Of a stretch of 64,000 nucleotides of DNA, positions 1-12,460 are shown in pieces. A program made the translations under genes and the position numbers. Origin of the DNA: Chiloscyllium plagiosum (lineage: Eukaryota). Location of the stretch: positions 15,369,407-15,433,406 of the forward strand of contig NC_057718.1 in the NCBI RefSeq assembly GCF_004010195.1. The letters are read 5' to 3'. Numbering within the stretch: the stretch's first letter is position 1; every line of letters begins with the position of its first letter. The notes beneath the pieces were generated by a model, which was not told where the DNA came from, did no database searches, and saw only the letters and a program-made list of their open reading frames with translations.

Positions 1-144
1 GAGTGAAGACCATTGGAGGTCTCAAAGCACTTTGCAGCCACCAAAGAACTTGCAAAATGTCACTGTTGTAGTGCAGGTTCTGAGTAATAATTATTTTTAT
101 TCAGTCATAGGATGTAGGCGTTGATGAATAGGCCAGCATTTATT

Positions 145-273
145 TTTCTGAAGAAGGGCTTATGCCCGAAACGTCGATTCTCCTGTTCCCTGGATGCTGC
201 CTGACCTGCTGCGCTTTTCCAGCAACACATTTCCAGCTCTGATCTCCAGCATCTGCAGACCTCACTTTCTCCT
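145..273 (+). mobile_element. Short Penelope-like 3' fragment (family A) with minimal hammerhead core
   Basis: CTGAAGA-A-GGGC ttat GCCC-GAAA-CGTC at 148-175. TSD CAGCATTTATT at 134-144 and 274-284. Confidence 0.8.
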
Positions 274-1489
274 CAGCATTTATTGCCCATCTAAAATGTA
301 ATTGAGAATATGGTTTACCTCCATGCTTATTCTCTGCACTTGAGTGCAAACATTAATGCTTATCATAATTCTGGTGACAAATTGTTATTTTTTAAAAATT
401 CAGTGTTTTTTTTAAAATGTCGTGGTGATAATGTCATAGCTATGCCATAATGAAACAGAAAATTGAACTTTCCCATTTACAGATCATATTTTGTGTGTGA
501 GACTCATGACACCCAGTCTGCCATGGCTTGGAGCAACTTTTCTCATGCAATCTTGCACTGTTCACCCTCTCTAGTTAGACAACTGGGTTCTTGGGTGCAA
601 TCTCTGGGATCTGACCAGCTGCATGGCTGGAAACGCTTAACCTACCTCTGGAATTTTCTGGCTTGCATGCCTCTACCACCCGTTTTTGAAAAACTCAGGT
701 GTGTGCCATTTCAAATGCTGCCAGAGAGGAACTGCGGTGTTTGACTGTTATTACTGTCGACATGATCTGGAGATAAAGAATAATTGCTCCCCACCTTGGA
801 CAACATCCTGGGGAGAACAGGGCTATCCTTTTTTGTTTCAGTCAACCACCTGAGTACTGTTTCCACTGGACACAGCCAGCCTGAACATCAACTGTAGCTT
901 GGGTGAAAAGGAATGCCTGGCAGTGTTGAAAGAATATCACGGAACATTTGCACTCTGCAAGTTAAGTGCTATCATCTTCTATCCGATATTTCTCTCACAC
1001 GGTACCAGCGCTCATTGTAGCTGTCATCATATGCATCTCATCAAGGCTTATGGACTACACCTCTCAGTACTGCATGCATCCTGTCTGCTTTGTAGCTCTC
1101 ACCTACCTCTTCCCAAATTGCTAATCTTCATGCCCTCTTCACGTCCTGCTCCCTTACTGGGGCACCTCACACATCTCACTCTTATGTCACCACTGACTGC
1201 TTTTACATCCATTTCCATCATACTCCATTCCCCCCACACTGATTGCAGGAAACATTGGCCCAATTCCCATGATGTCTCAACAGCACCTCATTAGACTGAC
1301 TTGTAGTTCCTGGACAGCTTGCATTTGGCCTGCAGAACTAACTGTGGCCCAATACTTGGACTGCAAGGACACAGATCCTCAGATTCTAGTGGGATCAACT
1401 CCCTATCTGCCAGAGTGTTTTAATTGTACAAACTTCTTGGCTGACTGTAGTCTCCCTTCACTTAGAGAATTTCTCCCATTTAACTTTCG

Positions 1490-1687
1490 TACTTTGGAAA
1501 TGCCGGTGTTGGACTGGGGTGTACAAAGTTAAAAATCACACAACATCAGGTTATATTCAACAGGTTTATTTGGAAGCACTAGCTTTCGGAACGACCACCT
1601 AATGAAGAAGCAGTGCTCTGAAAGCTAGTGCTTCCATGTAAACCTGTTGGACTATAACCTGGTGTTGTGTGATTTTTGACTTTCATA
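1490..1687. mobile_element. Short fold-back PLE-like element, family B (degenerate hammerhead)
   Basis: Tail TTGGAAATGCCGGTGTTGGACTGGGGTG followed by inverted arms (AAGTTAAAAATCACACAAC.../...GTTGTGTGATTTTTGACTT). Same family as 58389-58865; the core reads CTAATGA. Confidence 0.75.
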
Positions 1688-2645
1688 CTGTCCTTGAATC
1701 ACAGTACATTGGTTATTAAGCTAATGGCAGATGCTTCCGGTCTGACATTGCTGTAGCATGGTGCCACACATTGACATGTTCGCCTCCTTGATAGTTTAAT
1801 GCTCCCCATTGTCGAAAGCTGCCTGCCACACTTCCATTGAGCCTGGTAGCCTGTAAGGTGTGTGTAATACGTACTACAGTGAACTGTATACTGATGCTAG
1901 TCACCTCCATGTGGTACAGGCCGTGAGTCCCAGCACAGCAATATGATGGCCTTAAAATGCTATCCCAAGGAGGCAAACGGTCAACTCATCAAAAACCTGA
2001 CAGCTATCCAGCCTAATTCCATTGCAGCCGTGTAAATAGTACTCAAAATGCATTTCCAAGCACTTTTTAACTATGATGAAAAATTATTTATATCTGCAAT
2101 GGAAAATAGAGTTTTTTCACATTCACTCTCCAGGTTCTCAATTTTACAAACTTCACCTTGAGGTCTTGGGTGTTCCAAAATCTATCCAGGTTGTAAGTTA
2201 AATTCTCCATTTGCTAACTACATCACTTAATCTCCTCTTCTACCCTTTTTTTTAGGGTGATCATAACCTTCTTGTAATATGCTAATCAGAGCAGTGGCCT
2301 AACTGATGTTTTATACAATTTCAACATAACTAATTGCTTCCCCAGATTGAATTATATTTTCTGTCTGCCTGACCAATTCGTTAGTATCTTCCTGCAATTT
2401 GCAGTTTTCCACCTCTCTATCAACCACAGCATCGTTTTTGTCTCTTCTGAAAAAAAATCTTTATCATGCATTAAGTCTAATCATTCGAAATATTCCACCA
2501 AAACCTAAGGCCCTAGTATTGAGCCCCTTCCAGAAACATCTTGTTTGTCACAAAATATGTTGGCTTCACACTGCTGGCTGCCACTGTGTGAAAGGAAAAT
2601 GATATGCATAACTCCTGGAGTGAGATTGTCAATCCTTCCTGCCAT

Positions 2646-5600
2646 TTTTTTTTAATACTATTTTTATTAAGAGAAAATAGATTTTTAAATATTACAACAA
2701 ATACAAAACAATGCAATTCAAAACAGTACAAAAATAGTACAAAACTAAACCCAAATAATAAAAACAATTCTTCAACCCACCCTCCTATACGAATGTATAA
2801 GCATATATAGAGAAGTATAAAATTTTAAAAAAACCTAAACTAGCTATTTAACTAACTAAATAAATACCTAACAACAAACAAATAAATAGTAATAACTCAG
2901 CCCAGCCAAACAAAACACTCATACATTCACAGTTCCTCCACAGTTACAGCTATATAAAAGCCCTTGTTAGTGTGGCAGATAAATCTGTGTCCAGGAATTT
3001 CAAAAAGGGTTGCCATGTCTTGTAAAAATTCTCAGTTTTGTGGTGTACCATATTTGTGAGAAAATCCAGGGGAATATGCTCCATAACAATCTTCCGCCAA
3101 CCCGACAGGCCTGGGGGGGTTTTCTGATATCCAACCTAGCAAGATATTCTTCCTTGCACAGAATGTAAGAATATTGAAAAGTTTTGCCTTATGCGAGTCT
3201 GCAGGAAATACAATGGGTAGGCCCAAAAGGAGAGAAATAGGGCCCTTCTCCACCCCTACACCTAAAATCCTCTCCATTGCACCCACCACAGCGCTCCAAT
3301 ATGTTTGAAGCCTGTCACAAGACCAAAGACAATGGGTAAGAGTACCCGTACAGACGGGTATGCTGAAGATGCCCCTGGTTTAAATTTTGACAAACGGTCT
3401 GGGGCAAAGTGGACCCTGTGGAGAATCTTCAACTGTAAAGCATGGGCCCTATTGCAAATTGATTGGGTAAGAGTACCCGTACAGACGGGTATGCTGAAGA
3501 TGCCCCGGTTTAAATTTTGACAAACGGTCTGGGGCTAAGTGGACCCTGTGGAGAATCTTCAACTGTAAAGCATGGGTCGTATTGCAAATTGATATCTTTC
3601 TTGCATTCTCCCAAATATCCTCTCATGCCTCTGAAGAAACTTCAACACCCAGCTCTCTTTCCCACATCTTGCAGAGTCGATCAGACTCCTCTGAGGTGGC
3701 ACCCCAAATTGGTGATATAAAGTACTGACAGAGAGTGTACTCTTAGCCCGTAGTACCCCTCTTTCTATGTCAGTTTTGTAGGGATCAGTCAAAAGTGTGG
3801 TCTTTTTTTTGAATAAAATCCCTAACTTGAAAAAAATGAAAGAGGCCTCTATTAGGTAACTCGTACTTCCGTACTAACTAATCGAAGGACATCATTACAT
3901 CTCCCTCTCATAAATCACCCATGCAAGATATACCCCTAGCTGCCCAATGTTTAAATCCTGAATCTATCATACCTGGTTTAAAACTTGGCATACTCACTAA
4001 AGGTGTAAACAAAGATGTTTTGCCAATATTACCTTCCCTCTGCCAAATTGCCCTCCATGCTTTAACAGTATTGATGACTATTGGGTTATGGCAATATTCC
4101 CTTACTGTCCTCACTTTGTCCAAAAACAGCAAAGTAGTAAGGGGGCACCTTGCCTGGGAGACTTCGATATCTAGCCATATTGAAAGAGGGTCCTCACAAA
4201 CCCAATCACTCACATAGGTCAAAAGCGAGCTTAATTGGTAATTTTTAATGTCCGGAAGGTCTACTCCCCCCCCAATCTGTGAGGCAACTGCAGTTTGGCT
4301 AATGTAATGAGGGGCCATTTACGGTGCCAGATAAAGGAGCTGAACCAACTGTTCAGTCTCCTGAGTGTTTGTTTATTGAAATTCAGGGGGAGCATCCGTA
4401 TAGAGTATAGCAAACAAGGGAGAATATTCATCTTAATAAGTGAATTCCGACTCAACCATGAGACTGGAAGTGCCTCCTATCTTTGGAGATCTTGTTTAAT
4501 TTTTTCAAATAATTGAGTAAAATTGGCTTTGAACAGCCAATCCAGAACTGGAGTAATGAATATGCACAAATACACACAACCCCCCTGTGACCACCTAAAT
4601 GGGAATCTATAGTCACTCTCAAGAGCCAACTCTTTCGTAAGACCACCCATAGGCATAGCCTCTGATTTAGCGAAATTAATCTTATACCCTGAAAAGCGTG
4701 AAACGCGTGAATGCATTGCATCAGGCAAGGCACTGAAACTGCTGGATTTGTCAAGAAAATTAGAACATCATCTGCATACAGCGAGATCTTATGTAATTTT
4801 GACCCCACATCTGGAGCTGATATATTGAGATCCCCACGAATGGCCTCTGCCAACAGTTCAATCACCAACGTAAAAAGTAATGGTGAAAGGGGACAGCCCT
4901 GCCGGCTACCCCTAGAAATATTAAAATTGTTTGATCGTACCCCATTGGTAATGACCNNNNNNNNNNNNNNNNNNNNNNNNNNNNNNNNNNNNNNNNNNNN
5001 NNNNNNNNNNNNNNNNNNNNNNNNNNNNNNNNNNNNNNNNNNNNNNNNNNNNNNNNNNNNNNNNNNNNNNNNNNNNNNNNNNNNNNNNNNNNNNNNNNNN
5101 NNNNNNNNNNNNNNNNNNNNNNNNNNNNNNNNNNNNNNNNNNNNNNNNNNNNNNNNNNNNNNNNNNNNNNNNNNNNNNNNNNNNNNNNNNNNNNNNNNNN
5201 NNNNNNNNNNNNNNNNNNNNNNNNNNNNNNNNNNNNNNNNNNNNNNNNNNNNNNNNNNNNNNNNNNNNNNNNNNNNNNNNNNNNNNNNNNNNNNNNNNNN
5301 NNNNNNNNNNNNNNNNNNNNNNNNNNNNNNNNNNNNNNNNNNNNNNNNNNNNNNNNNNNNNNNNNNNNNNNNNNNNNNNNNNNNNNNNNNNNNNNNNNNN
5401 NNNNNNNNNNNNNNNNNNNNNNNNNNNNNNNNNNNNNNNNNNNNNNNNNNNNNNNNNNNNNNNNNNNNNNNNNNNNNNNNNNNNNNNNNNNNNNNNNNNN
5501 NNNNNNNNNNNNNNNNNNNNNNNNNNNNNNNNNNTAACTTAGAGTAGAATCTCTGGAACGCCACATTAATCTTTTTAGAATCACATGTTAGGTTCCCAGA

Positions 5601-8030
5601 CCCTTCCCTAATCGCTGTAATGGTTTGTGGGGCACTTCTCTTTCTGGCAAGGTATGCTAAGTATGTGCCTGGCTTGTCACCATGCTCGTATAACGTTTGC
5701 TTTGCAAACACCAGCTCCTTCTTCGCCGTCTGCGTGAGCACGGAATTTAGTGTGACCGCAGTGCCGTAATCCTCTGTAGTTTGGCCAGCGAGGGTCTGTC
5801 AAAATAGGCCTTCTCGGCTGCCTTCAACCGTGCTTCAAGGAGACGTTGCTGCTCACTGTTCTGCCGCTTCCTACTGGTGGAATATGAAATAACTAACCCT
5901 CTGGCATAAGCTTTGGCAGTTTCCCAGAGAACAGATGAGCTATCAACCGAGCCTATGTTGATGTCTAGGAATGCCTGAAATTCCCTCGAGAAATACTCCA
6001 CAAACGTTCTGTCCAGGAGAGTAAAGGGGTCCATTTGCCAGTACCTTGAATCCACTGTAACATTCTTAATTTTAACCATGAGGTACACTGGAGCATGATC
6101 AGAGATGGCAATATTATCAATCGTACAGGATGCCACCAGATCCAGGGTTACCCCAGGGGTCAGAAAAAAATCAATCCTCGTGTGACATCTATGCAGATTG
6201 GAGAAAAACGTGAAATTCCTACCTATAGGGTGGAGACACCTCCAGTCGTCCACCAATCCTAATTCCCCACACACACCCAATGACTGTTTAGGTTGTGCAG
6301 AGGGTATCAAGGGACCTTTAGGCAACTTGTCTACTGTGGGGTCCATGAGGCAGTTAAAATCTCCCCCGATAATGATGTGCTGAGACTTGAGACTTATCAG
6401 TTTAGAAAAAAGCATCTACCAACAATTTAAGAGGATGAGCTGGGGGACAATAAACATTTAAAATGCCATATTCTTCCCCATTTATCAAGGCTTTAAGTAT
6501 TACAAATATCCCGTATGTGTCTTTAACACATTCCAACAATTTAAATGAGAGATTTTTCCTTACCAATACAGCCACTCCCCTACTTCTGGAATTAAATGAT
6601 GAAAAATAAACTCGGTCAAAGCCATTCTGCTGTAATCTCAGATGCCCCTTGTCATCCAAATGAGTCTCCTGTAACAAAGCAATATCCGCCTTATCATTAG
6701 CCATAATCTCCTGCAATTTACATTTAATTCCAGAGAGGAGGAACCTGAACCACAAATTGCTGAGCCTTAGTGTCGCATGGTCCACCAAATATAAAAACTA
6801 CATAAACCACAACATTTAACAAATATACTAAATTATTAAAAATAAAAAACAACAAAAACCAGAAAACAAACCAACATATAAAGCCCCAATAGCGCTGAGT
6901 AGGGGAACTCACCCCCTGCCCGGAGGGAACAACTACCCATCCCGAACTGCCCATAAATAGGCATCTAACCATTTCAACCCACCTTCACTTCTCCCAGCTA
7001 GAGCCGCATCGCAAGCACAAGCTAAAAAGAATAAACACCCCATAGAATATCAATATGAATAAAAAAACATTCTTTTATAAAAAAAAAAGAGGGGGAATAA
7101 ATACCCCACCCGTCCTTTGGTATGTCCTAACTTAGAAATTTAAAATGTACATCTTAACCACCGCCAGACATAGTTTGAACCAAATTATTATCATTAGAGG
7201 AAAAAAAAGGGGAAAAACAAAGCTCCAACCGGACTTCCTCCATTTCTTTTACAGAATGATAAACGCATACCCAAGCAACAATATTTATACATACTACAAT
7301 TGTTTAAATTAGGTTAGTTTGTCCACAAAGTCTCTTGCCTTCNNNNNNNNNNNNNNNNNNNNNNNNNNNNNNNNNNNNNNNNNNNNNNNNNNNNNNNNNN
7401 NNNNNNNNNNNNNNNNNNNNNNNNNNNNNNNNNNNNNNNNNNNNNNNNNNNNNNNNNNNNNNNNNNNNNNNNNNNNNNNNNNNNNNNNACCGATGATCCG
7501 AATGTTTTTTCTCCTGCCCCTGTTTTCAAGATCATCCACTTGGTCACGCAAATTATGAACCTGCGTCTTCAGGGCTTGGATCTCTTCCTTGAATGAACTG
7601 GCATCAGCTTCCACCACTGAGACCCTGTGCTCCACCTCATTCGTCCTCTTCTCCAGGTCTCCCAGCTGCTGCTCATGCTTCTGCAGCATGAGCGAGACTG
7701 GAACCAGCTTCTCTTCAATCTGTTTCCCCAACATCTAGCGAGATTTCGAGAGATGGTTCACCAGGTCCTGGAGAGTAATTGGCTCCGAGGCTGCTGCAGA
7801 CTGAGCTGCAGGCCCGGCCTCAAATGCTGCTCCTCCCTTTTTAGGCATTTCTGGACAGCTGAAAATACAGGTAAGTCAATTTTTAAATGTTTCTTGGGGC
7901 TCCACAATCTTTCCAACGCCCCAAGAAATCCTGATGACCTGGGTTGGGTGGGTTAAAGGACTGTCCTGCTCCTGCTGCGATGCAAAGCTCTGCAGTGTGA
8001 TCTTCTCAGATCGCCGCCATCTAAGGTCCC
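2646..8030 (-). mobile_element. Full-length, inactivated L1-clade LINE
   Basis: ORF1 7848-7309 (MPKKGG..., DDLENRGRRKNIRIIG; internal stop, gap). ORF2 about 6704-2950 with EN motifs LQETH, GGDFN, RIDFF, ISDHAP and RT motifs GSRQGCPLSPLLF, YADD; frameshifted. Poly(A) at 2646-2653 and an imperfect TSD. Confidence 0.93.
4957..5534. other. Assembly gap (others at 7343-7488, 27664-27823, 44885-45787)
   Basis: N runs, all inside young repeats. Confidence 0.99.
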
Positions 8031-8668
8031 CCTTTGCTGCCATATTTAACGTTGGTGTCAGTCAGAGGCTGTATGCTACTCACAAGGTGGAGGGAAGTTT
8101 TGGCATACTGAATCATTGCTTGCAATTCCATCTTGAACTGCAGCATTGATGACTTGGTGACATGGTGAAAATAGATTATCTTGGTTGTTAAAGAATACAG
8201 TCATATTGGAAATTTTCTAGACAAAGGCAACTAAAAAGCCATTGTATTTTCATGTCTCAAACACTACATGTGGGAAATTGCATGTATCATGTTTTGTTTA
8301 ATACTGACACCTCTTGTGTTGTAAGATGGTATGAAACTGATATGATTTTCTGCAATGTCTTAATGATATCTTTGGATGTGAAAGTGAAAAAAATATACTG
8401 TACCTTTAGTTAAATATTGCTTTTAAATGACATATCAATGTGACATGATATAAGTACATTTTGTGATTTGTAAGTTAAACTACAGCATTGGATTTATGTA
8501 CAGTAACTGTATACTATATTAGGATGTTGACACAATTCTAATATGGCTATTTTAAGTTAATAATACTTTTATTGACTTTTTAAAATTAATTTTTGCCAGG
8601 CACTCTTTATTTTAGAAAAGCTGAAGAAAATTGATGGTCCCCAGCTTGAGTTGTTGTAGAAGGTTCTC

Positions 8669-9047
8669 ATGGATGAAGGAGGTTCACATACGATTGGTAC
8701 AACGGAGAAAAATGGCTCTCCCAAGGATGTAGAAAAGCCCGGTGCAACCAATCATCTTTCCTCATTAATTTCTGACGAAAATGAAAATCGGATTCGTGAA
8801 ACACAGAGTTCACCATTCACTAATGACAGAATGGGAGAATTTGAGCAGACCGAGCAAGATGTAATCAATAACAATGATGACAATGATGATAAAACTGGCT
8901 TTGAGCTTACACAAAATAACTGCATGGATGCAGGTTGTGAGATTTCGAACAGCATTGCTAATCAGAGCGCTGAACTTCCACGAGGGATAGAAACAGTTAA
9001 GACTTGTGATTCAGAAATGGAAAGAAATCTGAAAACTGCCACTTCTG
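8669..9047 (+). CDS. CNST: Consortin first coding exon (5'UTR part likely starts at acceptor 8600)
   Basis: ATG at 8669 with an in-frame TAG at 8657. Acceptor ttttgccag|8600, donor CTG|gtaatt at 9047/9048. Peptide MDEGG...SDENENRI...MGEFEQTEQDVINNN resembles the human consortin N-terminus as recalled (SDENENQL...MGKPQVSEQDSLNNN). 379 coding nt, ends in phase 1. Confidence 0.9.
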
Positions 9048-9689
9048 GTAATTTTTCGCTTAGGATTTTTTGCAGCTCAGTTGAACAAAAATAAACACTG
9101 TACAAGGTTGCCAGTAACAAACTTAGAATAATAATTAGTTCAGTCTATTTTTATCTCTTAAATAAATTTACTTGCTACTTTTTTTCTCCTTCTACAAATC
9201 CCACCCAAACATGGAAACTTTGGCAGAGGCACAGTTCCAAGTTTAGCTACCAAGATTTATTGACTTGTCAACCTTTATCATGTTTGAATCTAAAACAAAA
9301 GTGACTGAACATCAGAACACATCTCTAATTATCATATGACTTTAACCACTATGCCAACATAAATCATCTGACCTGTAATCTGGAGCTGTCTCCCATGGTC
9401 AGTTCCAAAACCACCTTCCTTGCACAATATTTAAACAGCATTTTAACTCTATGTTGCAAGTTGCATTCTTCAACTTTTTGATAGAGGGTAAACGTTGCCT
9501 GGAGACCAAGTTGTTTAATATTATTCAGCCCAGAGGACCCCAAGTTTAATCCAGGACCATGACCATGTTTGTGTAGGTTGGCATTATCACCTGTGAGTCA
9601 GCATGTTGTGAATTCAAGTCCCACTATCGGACCTCACCACAAAACATCAAGGTTGACAGTCCAGTACTGTAGTGTTAGAGATGGTATCT

Positions 9690-9900
9690 CTGAATATGAC
9701 ATTAATGATGACCATGAGTTAATTGTTAGAAAAACCCACCTGGTTTACTAATGTCCTTTAGGTAAGAAAACTGTCATGCTTACCTGATCTGGCCGACATG
9801 TGACTCCAGATCCATAGCCATGTGGTTGACTCTTTACCCAGAGGGATGGGCAAAAAATGCAGTCTAGCCAGTGACACCTTCATCCCATAAAGGAAAAAAA
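9690..9900 (+). mobile_element. Degraded SINE with a LINE-like 3' tail
   Basis: Ends GGGATGGGCAAAAAATGCAGTCTAGCCAGTGACACCTTCATCCCAT plus an A-tract. The same tail occurs on the LINE at 39045 (minus) and 62660 (plus). Confidence 0.5.
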
Positions 9901-9914
9901 ATTAACCAAGGCTC

Positions 9915-10185
9915 CTTTCTACCACCTCAAATGGAAACAAACGATCCAACAGCTCAATTTTAAAGAAGTACAAGGATGTTATCTATCCCTGGTATTCTGG
10001 TCAATGTTTATCCCTCAATCAACATAAAACTTTTTCTAAAATCTGCTCATTAGCACCTTGTGCAAATTGGTTGCCATGTTTCTTAGCTTACAACAGTGAC
10101 TTCAGAAGTACTTAATTTACCATGAAGTGCTTTGCAACAATGTATGGTTAGAAAAGGTAATAAATAAATGCAAGTTGGTTTTTTA
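9915..10185 (+). mobile_element. Deu-domain-type SINE remnant (SacSINE/AmnSINE-like)
   Basis: CCCTGGTATTCTGGTCAATGTTTATCCCTCAATCAACAT...GTGCAAATTGGTTGCCATGTTTC...ACAACAGTGAC resembles the recalled Deu-domain consensus. A related tail lies on the minus strand at about 20-75. Confidence 0.5.
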
Positions 10186-10519
10186 CATGTTAGTCAAAGT
10201 GATTGTTGGGTTCCAGATTTCTGAATCAAGGATGTTGCTCTTGATTTCTGTCTGTAGTGTGGACCTGAGCAAAATAGAGGATCTTGCTGAGCTATGATAC
10301 TCTGAGCAATCAAATAACCTGTAAACATTCAATTCTTTTCTCTTGGATAAAGGTTGGATATTTGGATGAGCTACTTGAAGGTGACCATAACTAGCAAGGA
10401 GCCAATACACTAATTGGTTTACTTGAAATGGGATGGTAATTTTCTTTTTGGAGTAAAAGGAAAAGTGAAGAACAAACTGGTGTATTGATCTCTTTTGCAC
10501 AAAACTTGCATTTTTGTAA

Positions 10520-11380
10520 TAAGACCATAAAATGTAGGACCATAATTCGGCCTATCGAGTTTGCCCTGCCATTTGATCATGGCTGATGTGTTTTTTTAAA
10601 TCCCATTCACCTGTCTTCTCTCTGTTACCCTTGATCCCTTTACTAATCAAGAGCCTATTTATCTCTGTCTCAAAGATGCTCAATGACTTAGCCTCCACAG
10701 CCTTCTGCGACAGTGAGTTCCACAGATTCACCGCCCTTTGGCTAAAGAAAATTATCCTTATCCCACTTCTTTACAGTTCTTTCACTCACAAGGCTATGCC
10801 CTTGCATTCTCGTCTCTCCTACTAATGAAAATGTCTTTTCCACACCCACTCTATCCAGGTGTTTCATTATTCTGTAAATTTCAGTGAGATCCCCCTTCAC
10901 CCTTCTAACCTTCATTGTTTACAAACCTAGAGTCCTCAACTGCTCCTCCTATGACAAGCCATTCATTCTTGTGATCACTGTTGTAAACCTCCTTTGTAAA
11001 TCTCCTCTGGACCCTTCCAGTGCCAGCGCATCCTTCCTTAGATATGGAACCCAAACCTGCTCAATATTCCAGAGCTTTATACAGCCTCAATAGTACATCC
11101 CTGCCCTTGTATTCTAGTCATCCTAAAGTGAATGCTAACTTCGCAAATGACTTCCTGACTGCCAAATGAACCTGCATATTAACCTCAAGAGAATCCTGAA
11201 CTAGGGTCCCGAGTTCCTTTGTGCTTCAGACTTTCAAAGCCTTTCCCTGTTTAGAAATTAATCTACACCTCTATTCTTCTGACCGAAGTGCATAACCTCA
11301 CAATTTCCCACATTTTATTCCATCTGCCACTTCTTTGTTTACTCTCCTAGCCTGTCCAAGTCCTTCTGCAGCTGTTCCTT
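10520..11380 (-). mobile_element. CR1 LINE 3' fragment
   Basis: Degraded ORF2 C-terminal segments and a CR1 3'UTR (CAGCCATGATCAAATGGCAG). Confidence 0.8.
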
Positions 11381-11634
11381 CACTTATCTTCGTAATACCT
11401 TTATCATGAAATTTAGCATGAAATGTTCCAAAGTGCTTCACAGGAGTGTTATGAATAAATATAATACCGAGCCACATATCTATTAAGATAGATGACCAAT
11501 AGAAGTAAGCACAGAAAAAGCATTTTTAGATGAATAAAGATATTCAGTGAAGAAATTCTAGAGTTTTAGGACTGTGACACCTTAAAGTAAAATGTTTAAA
11601 ATTGGTGATGATCGGATTTGAGGATTTCTTGGTC

Positions 11635-12015
11635 ATAAAGTCATTGTCTTCGAGTTGTACAGCATGGATACAGACCCTGCGGTCCAACTCATCCATACCA
11701 ACTAAATATTCTACGTTAATCTAGTCCCATATGCCAGCATTTGGCCCCTCTAAACCTTTCCTATTCATATACTAGGTGCCAAATAAATGTTGTAATTCTA
11801 CCCGCCTCTATCACTTCCTCTGGCAGTTCATTCCGTACACCCAGCACTGTGTGAAAATTGCCCGTTCGGTCCCTTTTAAATTTCACCTTAAACTTATGCT
11901 GTCTAGTTTTGCACTCCGCTACCCTGGGAAAAGACCTTGTCTATTCAGTCTATCCATGTCCCTCATGATTTTATAAACTTCTATAAGATCAACCCTCATC
12001 CTCCGTGCTCCAGGT
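11635..12015 (-). mobile_element. HER1/CR1 LINE 3' end fragment
   Basis: Reverse complement of the 3' end seen at 45790-46160 (EVYKIMRDMDRLNRQGLFP, GGGTCTGTATCCATGCTGTAC tail). Confidence 0.8.
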
Positions 12016-12254
12016 CTGGAGAACTCTGTAGAGTTATGGAGTATGGACGTTTTGCAGAGATTTGTGAACAAGATGAGTACTTGAAATCTCAAGTAATGCT
12101 CAACTGTGAGCCAGTAGAAGTCAGTGAGAATAGCAACAGTGTTTGAACAAGTCTAGGTGTGAGCTTGAATATTGTTAGCATTGTTAGATGAGCTGATGTT
12201 TGTGTGTGTGGAGGATGAGACTAGCTATGAGTATGTTGTAATAGTCATCATAGG

Positions 12255-12460
12255 GTGTTAGCTCAGTTGGCTGGACAGCTGGTTCACAGTACAGAGGGAT
12301 GCCAACAGCACTCGTTCAAAACACTGAGGTCACCATGAAGGGCCTGCCTTCTCAGCCTCTTCCCCTCACCTGAAGCATGGTGACTGTCAGGTTAAACTCG
12401 CCATCAGTTTTGTGCCTCCAATGAAAGAACCACCTTGTGGTCCCCTGGGCCTATGGCAAC
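12255..12460 (+). mobile_element. tRNA-derived SINE (non-HE1 family)
   Basis: A-box-like TAGCTCAGTTGG and B-box-like GTTCAAAAC, followed by a non-tRNA body. Confidence 0.5.
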
